Below, in pieces: positions 14,300 through 21,678 of a DNA stretch of 21,678 nt. Under the pieces are notes generated by a model. That model had not been told where the DNA came from, did no database searches, and worked only from the letters and a program-made list of their open reading frames with translations. Position 1 is the first letter of the stretch, and every line of letters begins with the position of its first letter. The stretch lies in the IMG/VR virus record IMGVR_UViG_2061766007_000596, one strand, 5' to 3'. The translations under genes were made by a program, and so were the position numbers. The DNA is from an uncultured virus (IMG/VR IMGVR_UViG_2061766007_000596) (lineage: Duplodnaviria; Heunggongvirae; Uroviricota; Caudoviricetes).

Positions 14300-14335
14300 T
14301 AGCGAGCTTCCGCCCGCCATNNNNNNNNNNNNNNN

Positions 14336-15212
14336 AACGAGTAAGCTGTGTCTGAGCAACATCGTTATAAGTGTCAAGTTTCTTGATTGTGCCAGATGCG
14401 ATTACAAGATAATCACCCTGTTCGAAAGGCTGGAAAGTAGAAGTAAACCATGTAAATACTCTTTCCTTTTCATCAACAAAAGTGAACACTGTTGAGAAAC
14501 CATATTTAGTTTCAAAGCTGTACTTGCGGATGAGCTGAACCTTAATGTCTTTAACTTTCTCTCCTACCTCACCTGCCCAAACTGAAGCGTACTGAGGCTG
14601 AACCGCCGCAATCTTTCCTTCAACAATCTTCTGTGCATCTCTATTAAAGTTAGCCTTTCCCCATGCACTCCATTCGGCTATATCATCAAGTTTTACCTCG
14701 ATAAGATTATCAGCATACTTCTCATCTCTTGTAGCCTTATGCCACTTGAGAGTACTAGAGAAGCGGAATCCCGCGTCTTTAAGTTCATCTTTAATCTGAT
14801 AAGAATTAGCTCCGGCATAAATGTAGGTTACTTCATCTGCATTAAAGCCATTCTCGTCAAGCCACTTAATGCGGTTGCCGGCGAATTCTGCCTTCATTTT
14901 AGCTTCCCGCTCTTCTGCCTTTTTCTGACGGGCTCTCTCGTTCGCACGCTCCATAGACTCTAATTCTTTTTCAGTGTAAAGACGGACTTCCTTGATAAAG
15001 TATCCCTTACCCCAGCAGGAATAACATATTCCGCCATCTACGGGAATTGGAATAGGCTGTCCATTTTCTACTCTAGCTACAATAATGCCATGACCAGAGC
15101 AGCGATCACACTTCTCTTTGACTTTTGTATAAAGCTTGCCGTTCTTTTCAAAAGGCTCACCTACACGCTGGCAATTAGCATAACTTTTAGCAACCATTAA
15201 TTTGTTTTCCAT
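14336..15212 (-). CDS. Zn-finger plus C-terminal OB-fold nucleic-acid-binding protein (3' end in gap)
   Basis: CDRCSGHG...CYSCWGKG (CxxCxGxG) and GEVGEK...FETKYG....FTFVD....FTWFTS OB-like C-terminus. Confidence 0.65.
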
Positions 15213-15224
15213 ANNNNNNNNNNT

Positions 15225-15593
15225 AAGTATAGAAATTATTGCCTAGATAATAGCCTTTTAACTGCTAGTGCATTATATTTCAAAACAAGTGCGGAAACCT
15301 CTTTTCAGTACCTTATGAAAAATCACGACTTTATCGAAGACCATACTGCATTAAGTGACGCAGAAATCGAAGCACAGATTTTATTAAAAGCACTGAAAAA
15401 AGGCAAGGTTGAACCTATTGTTGGGGCTTTCCCCTTTAGGGAACTTGGCACGACCTATGATTATGTACTAGCCAAAAGAAAAAAGTCAATAGAAAAAGTC
15501 GCTGATGCTATTACGGAATACATGGAAACTATCAACGACACCACCGCCTATTATTCTAGGCTTGAGGGTATTTTAAATAGACTGAACGCTTAA
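15225..15593 (+). CDS. C-terminal part of a DEDDh 3'-5' exonuclease (5' end lost in gap)
   Basis: Frame open from the gap (KYRNYCLDN...KTSAETSFQYLM); ExoIII-like EDHTALSDA. Confidence 0.65.
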   Translation, partial: KYRNYCLDNSLLTASALYFKTSAETSFQYLMKNHDFIEDHTALSDAEIEAQILLKALKKGKVEPIVGAFPFRELGTTYDYVLAKRKKSIEKVADAITEYMETINDTTAYYSRLEGILNRLNA

Positions 15594-15625
15594 AGGTAAA
15601 GGGGCAACCCCTTTACCTTTTTTTA
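15592..15625 (+). terminator. Rho-independent terminator
   Basis: AAGGTAAAGGG GCAA CCCTTTACCTT followed by a T-tract. Confidence 0.85.
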
Positions 15626-15780
15626 TTGGGCGTTGCGTTTGTGGTCCAAACGCAACGTATTTTTGTCCATAGTAATAATTACCAATTTTTCAGTTGAAAT
15701 TTTGTGTAATTTGCATATTCCCTTTTATCCTATAATACAGTATAATTAGTTTATCAACAAGAAAGAAAGAGGTAAACAAA

Positions 15781-15930
15781 ATGGATATTGAAAATCTTAT
15801 CAAAGATTGCATTAGACTTGTATATGTTAATGAAGGTTCTACTGTTGAAAATGCAGATTGCGCTATGCAGTGGAATTGGGGTGAAATTAAAGAACTTATA
15901 GAAAAATATAAAGAGAGGTACTCAAAATGA
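15781..15930 (+). CDS. Small hypothetical protein (49 aa)
   Basis: GAGGT RBS; MDIENLIKDCIRLVYVNEG... Confidence 0.6.
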   Translation: MDIENLIKDCIRLVYVNEGSTVENADCAMQWNWGEIKELIEKYKERYSK

Positions 15931-16064
15931 AATTAACAAAATCTGATATTGAAGTTATAATGTGTATGTTAGAGGACATTGACTCTATGTGGGGCATGAA
16001 ACCCGAAGAGCGTGACCTGTATGAAAGATTGACATTAAAAAAGGAAAATAATAATAATGATTGA
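15927..16064 (+). CDS. Small hypothetical protein (45 aa)
   Basis: ATGA overlap with the previous ORF, GAGGT RBS; MKLTKSDIEVIMCMLEDI... Confidence 0.6.
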   Translation: MKLTKSDIEVIMCMLEDIDSMWGMKPEERDLYERLTLKKENNNND

Positions 16065-16236
16065 TTATTAAGCGGACGAACGAGCATTATGATTACATAA
16101 TGCTCGCTTTTTTGTTGTCTACTTGCCGGCGCGCGCACGGACGTGCCGCGCCGTTCTACCCCCCGCGATCCTATAGCGCAATTTTTCTTGTTTGTTTGAA
16201 GTTCCGGATCTTTCGCCCAGAATCCCGGAATCTCAC

Positions 16237-16561
16237 TTGACAATTTGAAAAATTTTTGTTATAATATTTAAAAAAACCTTTTTTAAAACCGCCGGACGAA
16301 TTTGTCGATTTTCCTTCCCGCCGGACTTTTACTCGTTTGATTAGTTTTCATTAAACTACAGCTAACAAGAGATCAACAAGAGAAGATAAAAAAGGACACT
16401 TGACATCTTTGAAAAAATATGATATAATATTTATATAGAAAGCAAGGAGTAGCGCTATAAATTGGGCTGCAAACATCTAAGCTACTTTTTTTTAAAAAGC
16501 GCAACAAAAGCCAAGCTAAAATACGCCACCGGTTGACAATTTGAAAAATTTTTGTTATAAT
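16237..16561 (+). promoter_or_regulatory. Three tandem sigmaA-type promoters (16237-16265, 16400-16428, 16533-16561)
   Basis: Each is TTGACA-17-TATAAT with TG; the first and third share TTGACAATTTGAAAAATTTTTGTTATAATAT. Confidence 0.8.
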
Positions 16562-16597
16562 ATATATAGAAAATAAAAGAAAAGGAAGTGAATTCAC

Positions 16598-16933
16598 GTG
16601 AACATTGACAACTTAATGGACCAGTTAATTGGTCAGGGTGTTGATTTCAAGACACTCTCAAAGGCATTCGATGATGCGGTTGATCGCAAGACCGCAAAGG
16701 ACACACAGGCGGTTGAGGCAGCTAGAGCAAATGTAATGCAGGCGCTCCGGAAGTATTGCACAATTCTGTATGGCGCGGTGGATGAGCAGATCATGGCTGA
16801 ATTTGAGCAGACTCTCAAGGGATTAGAGAAGTTCGGCAAGCCCAATACCTTTAAGGTAGAGATGAAAAAGGACGATGAATCAGTCGATGAAGAGAAATTG
16901 AGAAAGTTCTTGAGAGCGATGACGAAGTTTTAA
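16598..16933 (+). CDS. Hypothetical protein
   Basis: GTG start, AAAGGAAG RBS, 111 aa, helical. Confidence 0.75.
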   Translation: MNIDNLMDQLIGQGVDFKTLSKAFDDAVDRKTAKDTQAVEAARANVMQALRKYCTILYGAVDEQIMAEFEQTLKGLEKFGKPNTFKVEMKKDDESVDEEKLRKFLRAMTKF

Positions 16934-16945
16934 AGATTATATAAG

Positions 16946-16980
16946 GTAGGCGGGGCGCGCACAGCACTCCGCCTATTTTA
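16946..16980 (+). terminator. Terminator between convergent genes
   Basis: TAGGCGGGG...CTCCGCCTA followed by TTTT. Confidence 0.65.
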
Positions 16981-17050
16981 ATGTATTTCCCGCCTATTTT
17001 GTTATGTTTTGTTATATTTTATTATATTTTGCTTTACTCACTCTGATAAT

Positions 17051-17257
17051 TTATGTACCACTATACTTCACTCCATTATCCATCCACTTCCTAATACCAT
17101 CTTCTACTTTATCCTTAGCTGCCTTAGTAGCTAATTCCAATACAGTAAAATACTCTTCATCTACACCCTCATCTTCCAGCTTCCGCCTTAATAACTCAAT
17201 ATCAACTAATTCCCACGCATAGGTATTAATAATACCTTCTAACCTTTCCATATCCAT
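17051..17257 (-). CDS. Small hypothetical protein
   Basis: TAATG coupling with the upstream ORF, GGAGG RBS. Confidence 0.7.
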   Translation of the reverse strand: MDMERLEGIINTYAWELVDIELLRRKLEDEGVDEEYFTVLELATKAAKDKVEDGIRKWMDNGVKYSGT

Positions 17258-17565
17258 TACATTTCCTCCATCATTACACTATTATCAGCTTTATAATAAA
17301 TCTTTCCATCTCTATACTCAACTAATTCTGGATGTTTTTGTATCCAATCAAGAATATCCACCAATACTTTAGTTTTATCTTCACTAATTTCTGCTAAAAA
17401 TTTTTCCCATGCTATTTTTAAATTATCTTCAATCTTATCTTGTGCTAAATCTAGCACCTTTTCTAAATCAGCATTATGCTCAACTTTTTGATATACTCTT
17501 TCTAACAACATATAATCCTTAGCATAGCGATCTATTACCATTTTTATTTTCTGATAATCTATCAT
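17257..17565 (-). CDS. Hypothetical protein
   Basis: GAAAGGA RBS, 102 aa. Confidence 0.75.
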   Translation of the reverse strand: MIDYQKIKMVIDRYAKDYMLLERVYQKVEHNADLEKVLDLAQDKIEDNLKIAWEKFLAEISEDKTKVLVDILDWIQKHPELVEYRDGKIYYKADNSVMMEEM

Positions 17566-17663
17566 TTAATAATTCCTTTCCAATCATATTTTAGGGTCCC
17601 TTTCGCAAAAACCTACCCCCATTTTAAATCCCCTATACCCCCCAATCAAACACGCCCCCAATA

Positions 17664-17992
17664 AGAAATGTTCCCAACGAGCGAAGCGAGTGGGACATTT
17701 CTCAATATGTACTTATGTCCCGCAGGGACATAGGGACATTTTCTCTTCTCTCTTTAGCTTTTGTCCCTATGTCCCCGTTTTGTCCCTAGAGACATTTATT
17801 ATGTCCCCCTATTAAAAATTAAATACAAATGGGACAATATTTTTGTCCCCAGAGACATCATTAATGTCCCCATTTTGTCCTTGTGTCCCTGTTATGTCCC
17901 CAGAGACATTAGAGACATTTATTTTGTCCTCGTTTTGTCCCTGGGACATTTCTTGTCCCTTAGAGACATAAGTTTTGTCCCCTGTGTCCCTC
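17664..17992. repeat. Iteron-like TGTCCC/GGGACA array, candidate replication origin
   Basis: Roughly 18 exact copies by hand count plus near-copies, in both orientations, in and just beyond the 3' end of the initiator-like gene. Confidence 0.7.
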
Positions 17993-18429
17993 ATATAACT
18001 TACAGCTATTTCTTTCTTTCTATCATCATTACATCTACGAGAAACAGTTTTTGCATTAATTTCTATATCAAATAATATCTTTATCTGATCTACTACTTCT
18101 TGCCTAGTAGGTACCCCCATTTTAATCTTTGTAGCTTCTTTAATTGCTTGTTCAATTTGTTCATCAGTAACTTTCTGTTTTCTCCCTCCAACCGCTCCAG
18201 ATTCCGCAGCATTTTTATTAAAATTATGACTTTTATCAAGAGAAGGCATCATTGACTGAACAAAACTAATTAAAGTTTCTGCTTCTTCACTACCATCATC
18301 TTCAGGCCAAATTCCATATAATCCATATTCAGTTAAAGCATCATACATCTTATACTTTAAAACCTCATCTTTACGAGCTTCAATAGTTTCTTTCATATTA
18401 GCCCAAAAAGTAAATCCATTATCAGCCAT
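17812..18429 (-). CDS. Putative replication initiator, DUF6291-like N-terminus plus HTH
   Basis: Start MADNGFTFWANMKETI..KMYDALTEYGLYG with GAAAGGAGG RBS; G.GGR motif; HTH-like TRQEVV...TVSRR; low-complexity iteron-encoded tail. Confidence 0.6.
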   Translation of the reverse strand: MADNGFTFWANMKETIEARKDEVLKYKMYDALTEYGLYGIWPEDDGSEEAETLISFVQSMMPSLDKSHNFNKNAAESGAVGGRKQKVTDEQIEQAIKEATKIKMGVPTRQEVVDQIKILFDIEINAKTVSRRCNDDRKKEIAVSYMRDTGDKTYVSKGQEMSQGQNEDKINVSNVSGDITGTQGQNGDINDVSGDKNIVPFVFNF

Positions 18430-18613
18430 GATAACCCTCCTTTCCAGCAACTTCAACAAAAGCCTGCTCAAAGGCGGGAGATGCTTCAAATACCCAGCAT
18501 TTATACCCCTCAATTCGTGGATTATTAGTTTCTAATACAGGTTTAAAACCTCTTAATTCCAATAAATTCTTTATTCTAAAAGAATATATTGTTCTAGTAT
18601 TTGTTATTTGCAT
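18422..18613 (-). CDS. DUF5659-like small protein
   Basis: IYSFRI...L..RGF.....NP......WVFE.SP.F pattern; AAGGAG RBS. Confidence 0.6.
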   Translation of the reverse strand: MQITNTRTIYSFRIKNLLELRGFKPVLETNNPRIEGYKCWVFEASPAFEQAFVEVAGKEGYHG

Positions 18614-18624
18614 AATAAACTCCT

Positions 18625-18759
18625 TTACTTATCTTGTTTATCAAGATATTCTTGAATTGCTTTCCTAACTATATAAGATAAATTTCTTTCTTCATCCTGA
18701 GCGATCTGCTCTAATTTACCTTTCGTTTCGTCAGGAATAATAATAGTAATTCTCGCCAT
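18625..18759 (-). CDS. Ribbon-helix-helix (CopG-like) regulator, 44 aa (absent from the ORF track)
   Basis: MARITIIIPDETKGKLEQIAQDEERNLSYIVRKAIQEYLDKQDK*; GAAAGGA RBS. Confidence 0.8.
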   Translation of the reverse strand: MARITIIIPDETKGKLEQIAQDEERNLSYIVRKAIQEYLDKQDK

Positions 18760-18822
18760 TTTAATTCCTTTCTTGCGGACAGCATATCCAAACTGTCAAC
18801 ATCATATCTTATCTTACAATAT

Positions 18823-18863
18823 TATTTCAAAAATAAACAACGTTAATAGTCCAACGTTGTCCA
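18823..18863 (-). promoter_or_regulatory. Candidate GGACAA-N27-TGAAATA promoter with overlapping palindromic operator
   Basis: ACAACGTT-N8-AACGTTGT at 18837-18860, upstream of the RHH gene. Confidence 0.5.
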
Positions 18864-18903
18864 GACTTTTTTAAATACTTGCGGAAATCCATGCTCTAAG
18901 GCG

Positions 18904-19143
18904 TTATAAAGCTCGATCCCCCGCATTTTCTCCATAAAAATATTTTCTAGCTAATTCAGCATTAACACTATTACTATCTTTAATCATCTTTAAATACGAT
19001 AATTCAAGTAAATTTAAATCTCAACAAATACTCCAAGCTTTTTCAAGATCTTCATTCTCTATTAAACTAACCATTCGCTTAGCTTTACATAACATTTCAG
19101 GATAACTCATTCTAGGTTTCTTAAAAGGTTCAATAATTTCCAT
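18904..19143 (-). pseudogene. Small ORF interrupted by an in-frame TGA (19021-19023)
   Basis: GGAGG RBS; MEIIEPF...KAWSIC*DLNLLELSYLKMIKD...GDRAL*. Confidence 0.45.
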
Positions 19144-19264
19144 TATAATCCTCCAAAAGGCAATCTGCCAACATGTCTAATATTAATTTTACTCTATCCA
19201 TATCCCCTTCATCCGCGGCTTTACATAATTCCTTAAATAAATCAAACCTATCTTCGTTATTCAT
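19130..19264 (-). CDS. Small hypothetical protein (44 aa)
   Basis: MNNEDRFDLFKELCKAADEGD...; AAGGA RBS; overlaps both neighbours. Confidence 0.6.
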   Translation of the reverse strand: MNNEDRFDLFKELCKAADEGDMDRVKLILDMLADCLLEDYNGNY

Positions 19265-19448
19265 TCTTCCTTATCTCCTTCGCAATCCAATCAATCAACT
19301 CCAAAATTCCAATAAGATATATTACCGGCCAAGTAATGATCACCCATCTGGCACCTTCCGGCAACTCTCTATCACTTTGAAGTGTAAAATGAACAATAGC
19401 CAAATACATGGCACATCCAATCAATAAATACCCAAATACATACAGCAT
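19257..19448 (-). CDS. Small membrane protein
   Basis: Two hydrophobic segments (MLYVFGYLLIGCAMYLAIV; WVIITWPVIYLIGIL); start uncertain (GTG at 19472 possible). Confidence 0.65.
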   Translation of the reverse strand: MLYVFGYLLIGCAMYLAIVHFTLQSDRELPEGARWVIITWPVIYLIGILELIDWIAKEIRKNE

Positions 19449-19528
19449 ATGCGGGAACCCGATCCTTTCCACTTTAATCTAGATGCAGAAGCCGTACCGC
19501 CCCCGCATTTTATAATCTTTATAATAAT

Positions 19529-19557
19529 ATTATAACATAATTTTCTAAAATTTGCAA
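19529..19557 (-). promoter_or_regulatory. sigmaA-type promoter (repeat family)
   Basis: TTGCAA-17-TATAAT, TG extension. Confidence 0.7.
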
Positions 19558-19692
19558 GCACTGATCCAACACAAACATCGTTTTTATATTCCTCACTNNN
19601 NNNNNNNNNNNNNNNNNNNNNNNNNNNNNNNNNNNNNNNCTCATTAAGAAAACTCATAGTCATCACCTCTTCTTTTTTTATCTTACATATAT

Positions 19693-19721
19693 ATTATATC
19701 ATATTTTTTTAAAAAAGTCAA
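19693..19721 (-). promoter_or_regulatory. sigmaA-type promoter (repeat family)
   Basis: TTGACT-17-TATAAT, TG extension. Confidence 0.8.
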
Positions 19722-19731
19722 AGAGGAAGAA

Positions 19732-19971
19732 TTAATCTCCCTCTTTGTTAATAATGCTATAATATTCTTCAACTGTCATAATCTTTTTGTCTTTTGTTAA
19801 GATAGGTATTGATACTTCAAATGCACCAAGATCATGTACCTGAATATAAACGTAATTATCTTTTGCGTATATATCGTATTCCGCGGACTTGTATAGCACT
19901 TCCTTCTCCCTACTACAAGAGATGAGGATAGTGGAAAGAACTAGTAAAACGGCTGCTATTTTACTTTTCAT
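19732..19971 (-). CDS. Putative lipoprotein
   Basis: MKSKIAAVLLVLSTILISC lipobox-like signal. Confidence 0.7.
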   Translation of the reverse strand: MKSKIAAVLLVLSTILISCSREKEVLYKSAEYDIYAKDNYVYIQVHDLGAFEVSIPILTKDKKIMTVEEYYSIINKEGD

Positions 19972-20203
19972 ATTCTTTAGGAAGTAAATTTATAACCATG
20001 ATATTGTGTCTTTTATCTTCATCATAATAAATATAAATAGGCTCTTCATCATCTCCCGCAGGTCTGCCTATCTTATAGTCAAGATAATACCAAGGCATTT
20101 CAAGAAGGTATCCTTCCCATTCTGGCTCATCTCCATCATCGGGGGTAAATATCCTTATAGTGGTTAAAAAATCAACAAGTTTAATAAATTTCTTCATTTT
20201 CAT
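19961..20203 (-). CDS. Hypothetical protein
   Basis: AAGGAG RBS, 80 aa. Confidence 0.7.
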   Translation of the reverse strand: MKMKKFIKLVDFLTTIRIFTPDDGDEPEWEGYLLEMPWYYLDYKIGRPAGDDEEPIYIYYDEDKRHNIMVINLLPKEYEK

Positions 20204-20216
20204 AAACGTTTTCTCC

Positions 20217-20378
20217 TTATTTGTTTGATAATGATGCGCAAGTGATATTAAGCATAGCTATTGCTGACCACAAAAGACACATCTCAAAATTGTCTTTGCA
20301 GAGATAGCAAAAAGTAATTATAATACTAATAAAACCAGTTGCTATATGCCAATAAAATGGGTCTAAAAGTTTCTTCAT
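20217..20378 (-). CDS. Small membrane protein (53 aa)
   Basis: MKKLLDPFYWHIATGFISIIITFCYL...; GGAGG RBS; TAATG coupling. Confidence 0.6.
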   Translation of the reverse strand: MKKLLDPFYWHIATGFISIIITFCYLCKDNFEMCLLWSAIAMLNITCASLSNK

Positions 20379-20530
20379 TAATAGCCTCCGTATTCTACAA
20401 AATGTTCAAGAATATCTATTAAGTCTTCGATTTTAATACATTCAACATTATTATATCCTAATGCTTCATCAAGACAAAATGTTTTTTCTAAAATTTCGTC
20501 ATTAATACTTTCAAATTCTGATATAGTCAT
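20378..20530 (-). CDS. Small acidic protein (50 aa)
   Basis: MTISEFESINDEILEKTFCLDE...; AAGGAG RBS. Confidence 0.6.
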   Translation of the reverse strand: MTISEFESINDEILEKTFCLDEALGYNNVECIKIEDLIDILEHFVEYGGY

Positions 20531-20692
20531 CTGTCTTCTCCTTATTCTTACTTTTCTGTGCTCAACAATATAATATCCGCAATTATGGCATCCATGTTAC
20601 GCCTTTCATCATCTGGTATAGAAACCAAAAGAAAACAAACATAGCTATAAATGCTAATATGTTAAAAAGCTTGTCCTTTANNNNNNNNNNTT

Positions 20693-21364
20693 ATGAGTTT
20701 TCTTAATGAACTGATGAATTTATATGTACCTGATGATTTCGGTATTGATGATTATGATGGAAGTCTGACTTACTCTGCCTCAGAGTATGAGCGGGAAGTC
20801 TATCATATTGCTGAAAAGTGCGGAATTACAATTCAGACCAACTATGGATGTACACAGTTTGTAATCATCACCGAAACGAGAGACGTTTATAAGATACCTT
20901 TCGCTGGCACTCTTTACTGCGACTACATTGGTGATGGTAAGAGTGAAGATGTTTTTGAGATATTCAAAATTGACCATTCAAAGAGAGCAGTTGACCTGTA
21001 TAACGAAGCAGTTGATGCAAAAGTAGAAGATTTCTTTTCCGAGATCGCTCTTGTTGGCTGGTCTAAGAATAACTACCCTATTTATCAGCAGGCTTGGGCA
21101 TGTACGTACTTTGACAAGAAAGCAGAACCTTCCGCAGAGTCTACAACAAAAGCAGAGAAAATGGAAGCAAAGAAGTACATTCCTTTTGACCGTGACTGGC
21201 TTGCTCTTGCTATTGATTTCTTTGGTGAGGAAAAGGTATTTGCTCTTCTTCAGTTCATTGATGACAATGATATTGATGACCTACACAGAAACAATTATGG
21301 TTTTGATGACGCCGGACTCCCTGTCATCTTCGATTATTCATCATATATCGACAGTTATATGTAA
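20693..21364 (+). CDS. Protein-kinase-like (PKL fold) phosphotransferase
   Basis: G.T..V....DVYKIP (beta-3 Lys), DDLHRNNYG catalytic loop, PVIFDYS Mg-binding motif. Confidence 0.7.
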   Translation: MSFLNELMNLYVPDDFGIDDYDGSLTYSASEYEREVYHIAEKCGITIQTNYGCTQFVIITETRDVYKIPFAGTLYCDYIGDGKSEDVFEIFKIDHSKRAVDLYNEAVDAKVEDFFSEIALVGWSKNNYPIYQQAWACTYFDKKAEPSAESTTKAEKMEAKKYIPFDRDWLALAIDFFGEEKVFALLQFIDDNDIDDLHRNNYGFDDAGLPVIFDYSSYIDSYM

Positions 21365-21368
21365 TAAT

Positions 21369-21397
21369 TTGACTTTATTAAAATTTTATGTTATAAT
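21369..21397 (+). promoter_or_regulatory. sigmaA-type promoter (repeat family)
   Basis: TTGACT-17-TATAAT, TG extension. Confidence 0.8.
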
Positions 21398-21428
21398 ATT
21401 TATATAATAAAGAAAAGGGGACAAACGA

Positions 21429-21617
21429 ATGAAAGCAGACGTATTCACTTATTTTGTAAAAGAAGCATATAGCAACAAGGAATATCCTGAACACGAGATG
21501 TTTACCACTGATGGTTGGATCGGCGATGTAGGCGATGTTATAGAGTGGAAAGATAAGCTCTACGAAATAGTTGACTACGCCTGGGAATGGGTTGACCTCG
21601 CCGATGAGAATGAAGTT
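21429..21617 (+). CDS. Small hypothetical protein (3' end in gap)
   Basis: AAAAGGGG RBS after a promoter; interrupted by an N-run. Confidence 0.65.
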
Positions 21618-21678
21618 NNNNNNNNNNTTATATTGCTGGTTGGAAAATTACTTCTACTTCTTTAAAAAGTGATTCTAA

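Noticed and set aside
15896..16845. Minus-strand ORFs 15896-16243, 16373-16597 and 16633-16845 (also 20780-20977 and the alternative frame 21051-21407)
   Set aside because: They overlap plus-strand genes or promoters that have clear RBSs.
17664..17992. CRISPR array
   Set aside because: Repeats are 6-8 bp, irregularly spaced and in both orientations; no cas genes.
19421..19666. 81-aa ORF spanning an N-gap
   Set aside because: Artefact of translating through Ns and a promoter; the same applies to the tails of the 12127 and 14229 ORFs.
1..21678. Alternative genetic code (TAG or TGA recoding)
   Set aside because: Long genes are intact in code 11; TGA and TAG serve as stops; only one isolated in-frame TGA was seen.

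Overview
AT-rich segment of a large tailed bacteriophage, most likely infecting Firmicutes/Clostridia (AAGGAGG ribosome-binding sites, consensus sigmaA promoters, SleB-like hydrolase). It is a draft scaffold with 7 N-gaps, and the standard genetic code appears to be used. Layout: (1) 1-3900, minus-strand virion/tail-fibre-like genes; (2) ~4100-8800, a dense minus-strand RNA cluster with 11 CCA-less tRNAs, several tRNA mimics, many structured spacers, an HNH endonuclease and a cell-wall hydrolase; (3) 8900-15200, early-type genes behind repeated sigmaA promoters (M28-like peptidase, U32-like protein, Zn-finger/OB-fold protein); (4) 15200-17000, a plus-strand block; (5) 17600-18900, a candidate replication module (RHH regulator, DUF5659-like protein, DUF6291-like initiator with dense TGTCCC iterons); (6) small ORFs and a kinase-like gene. 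Main finding: five RNAs share a covarying stem plus an invariant CAGCAA motif, combined with tRNA parts in three topologies, including a circularly permuted tRNA with YrlA (Y RNA)-like architecture. All RNA structures were folded by eye and family calls come from motif recognition; no searches were run.
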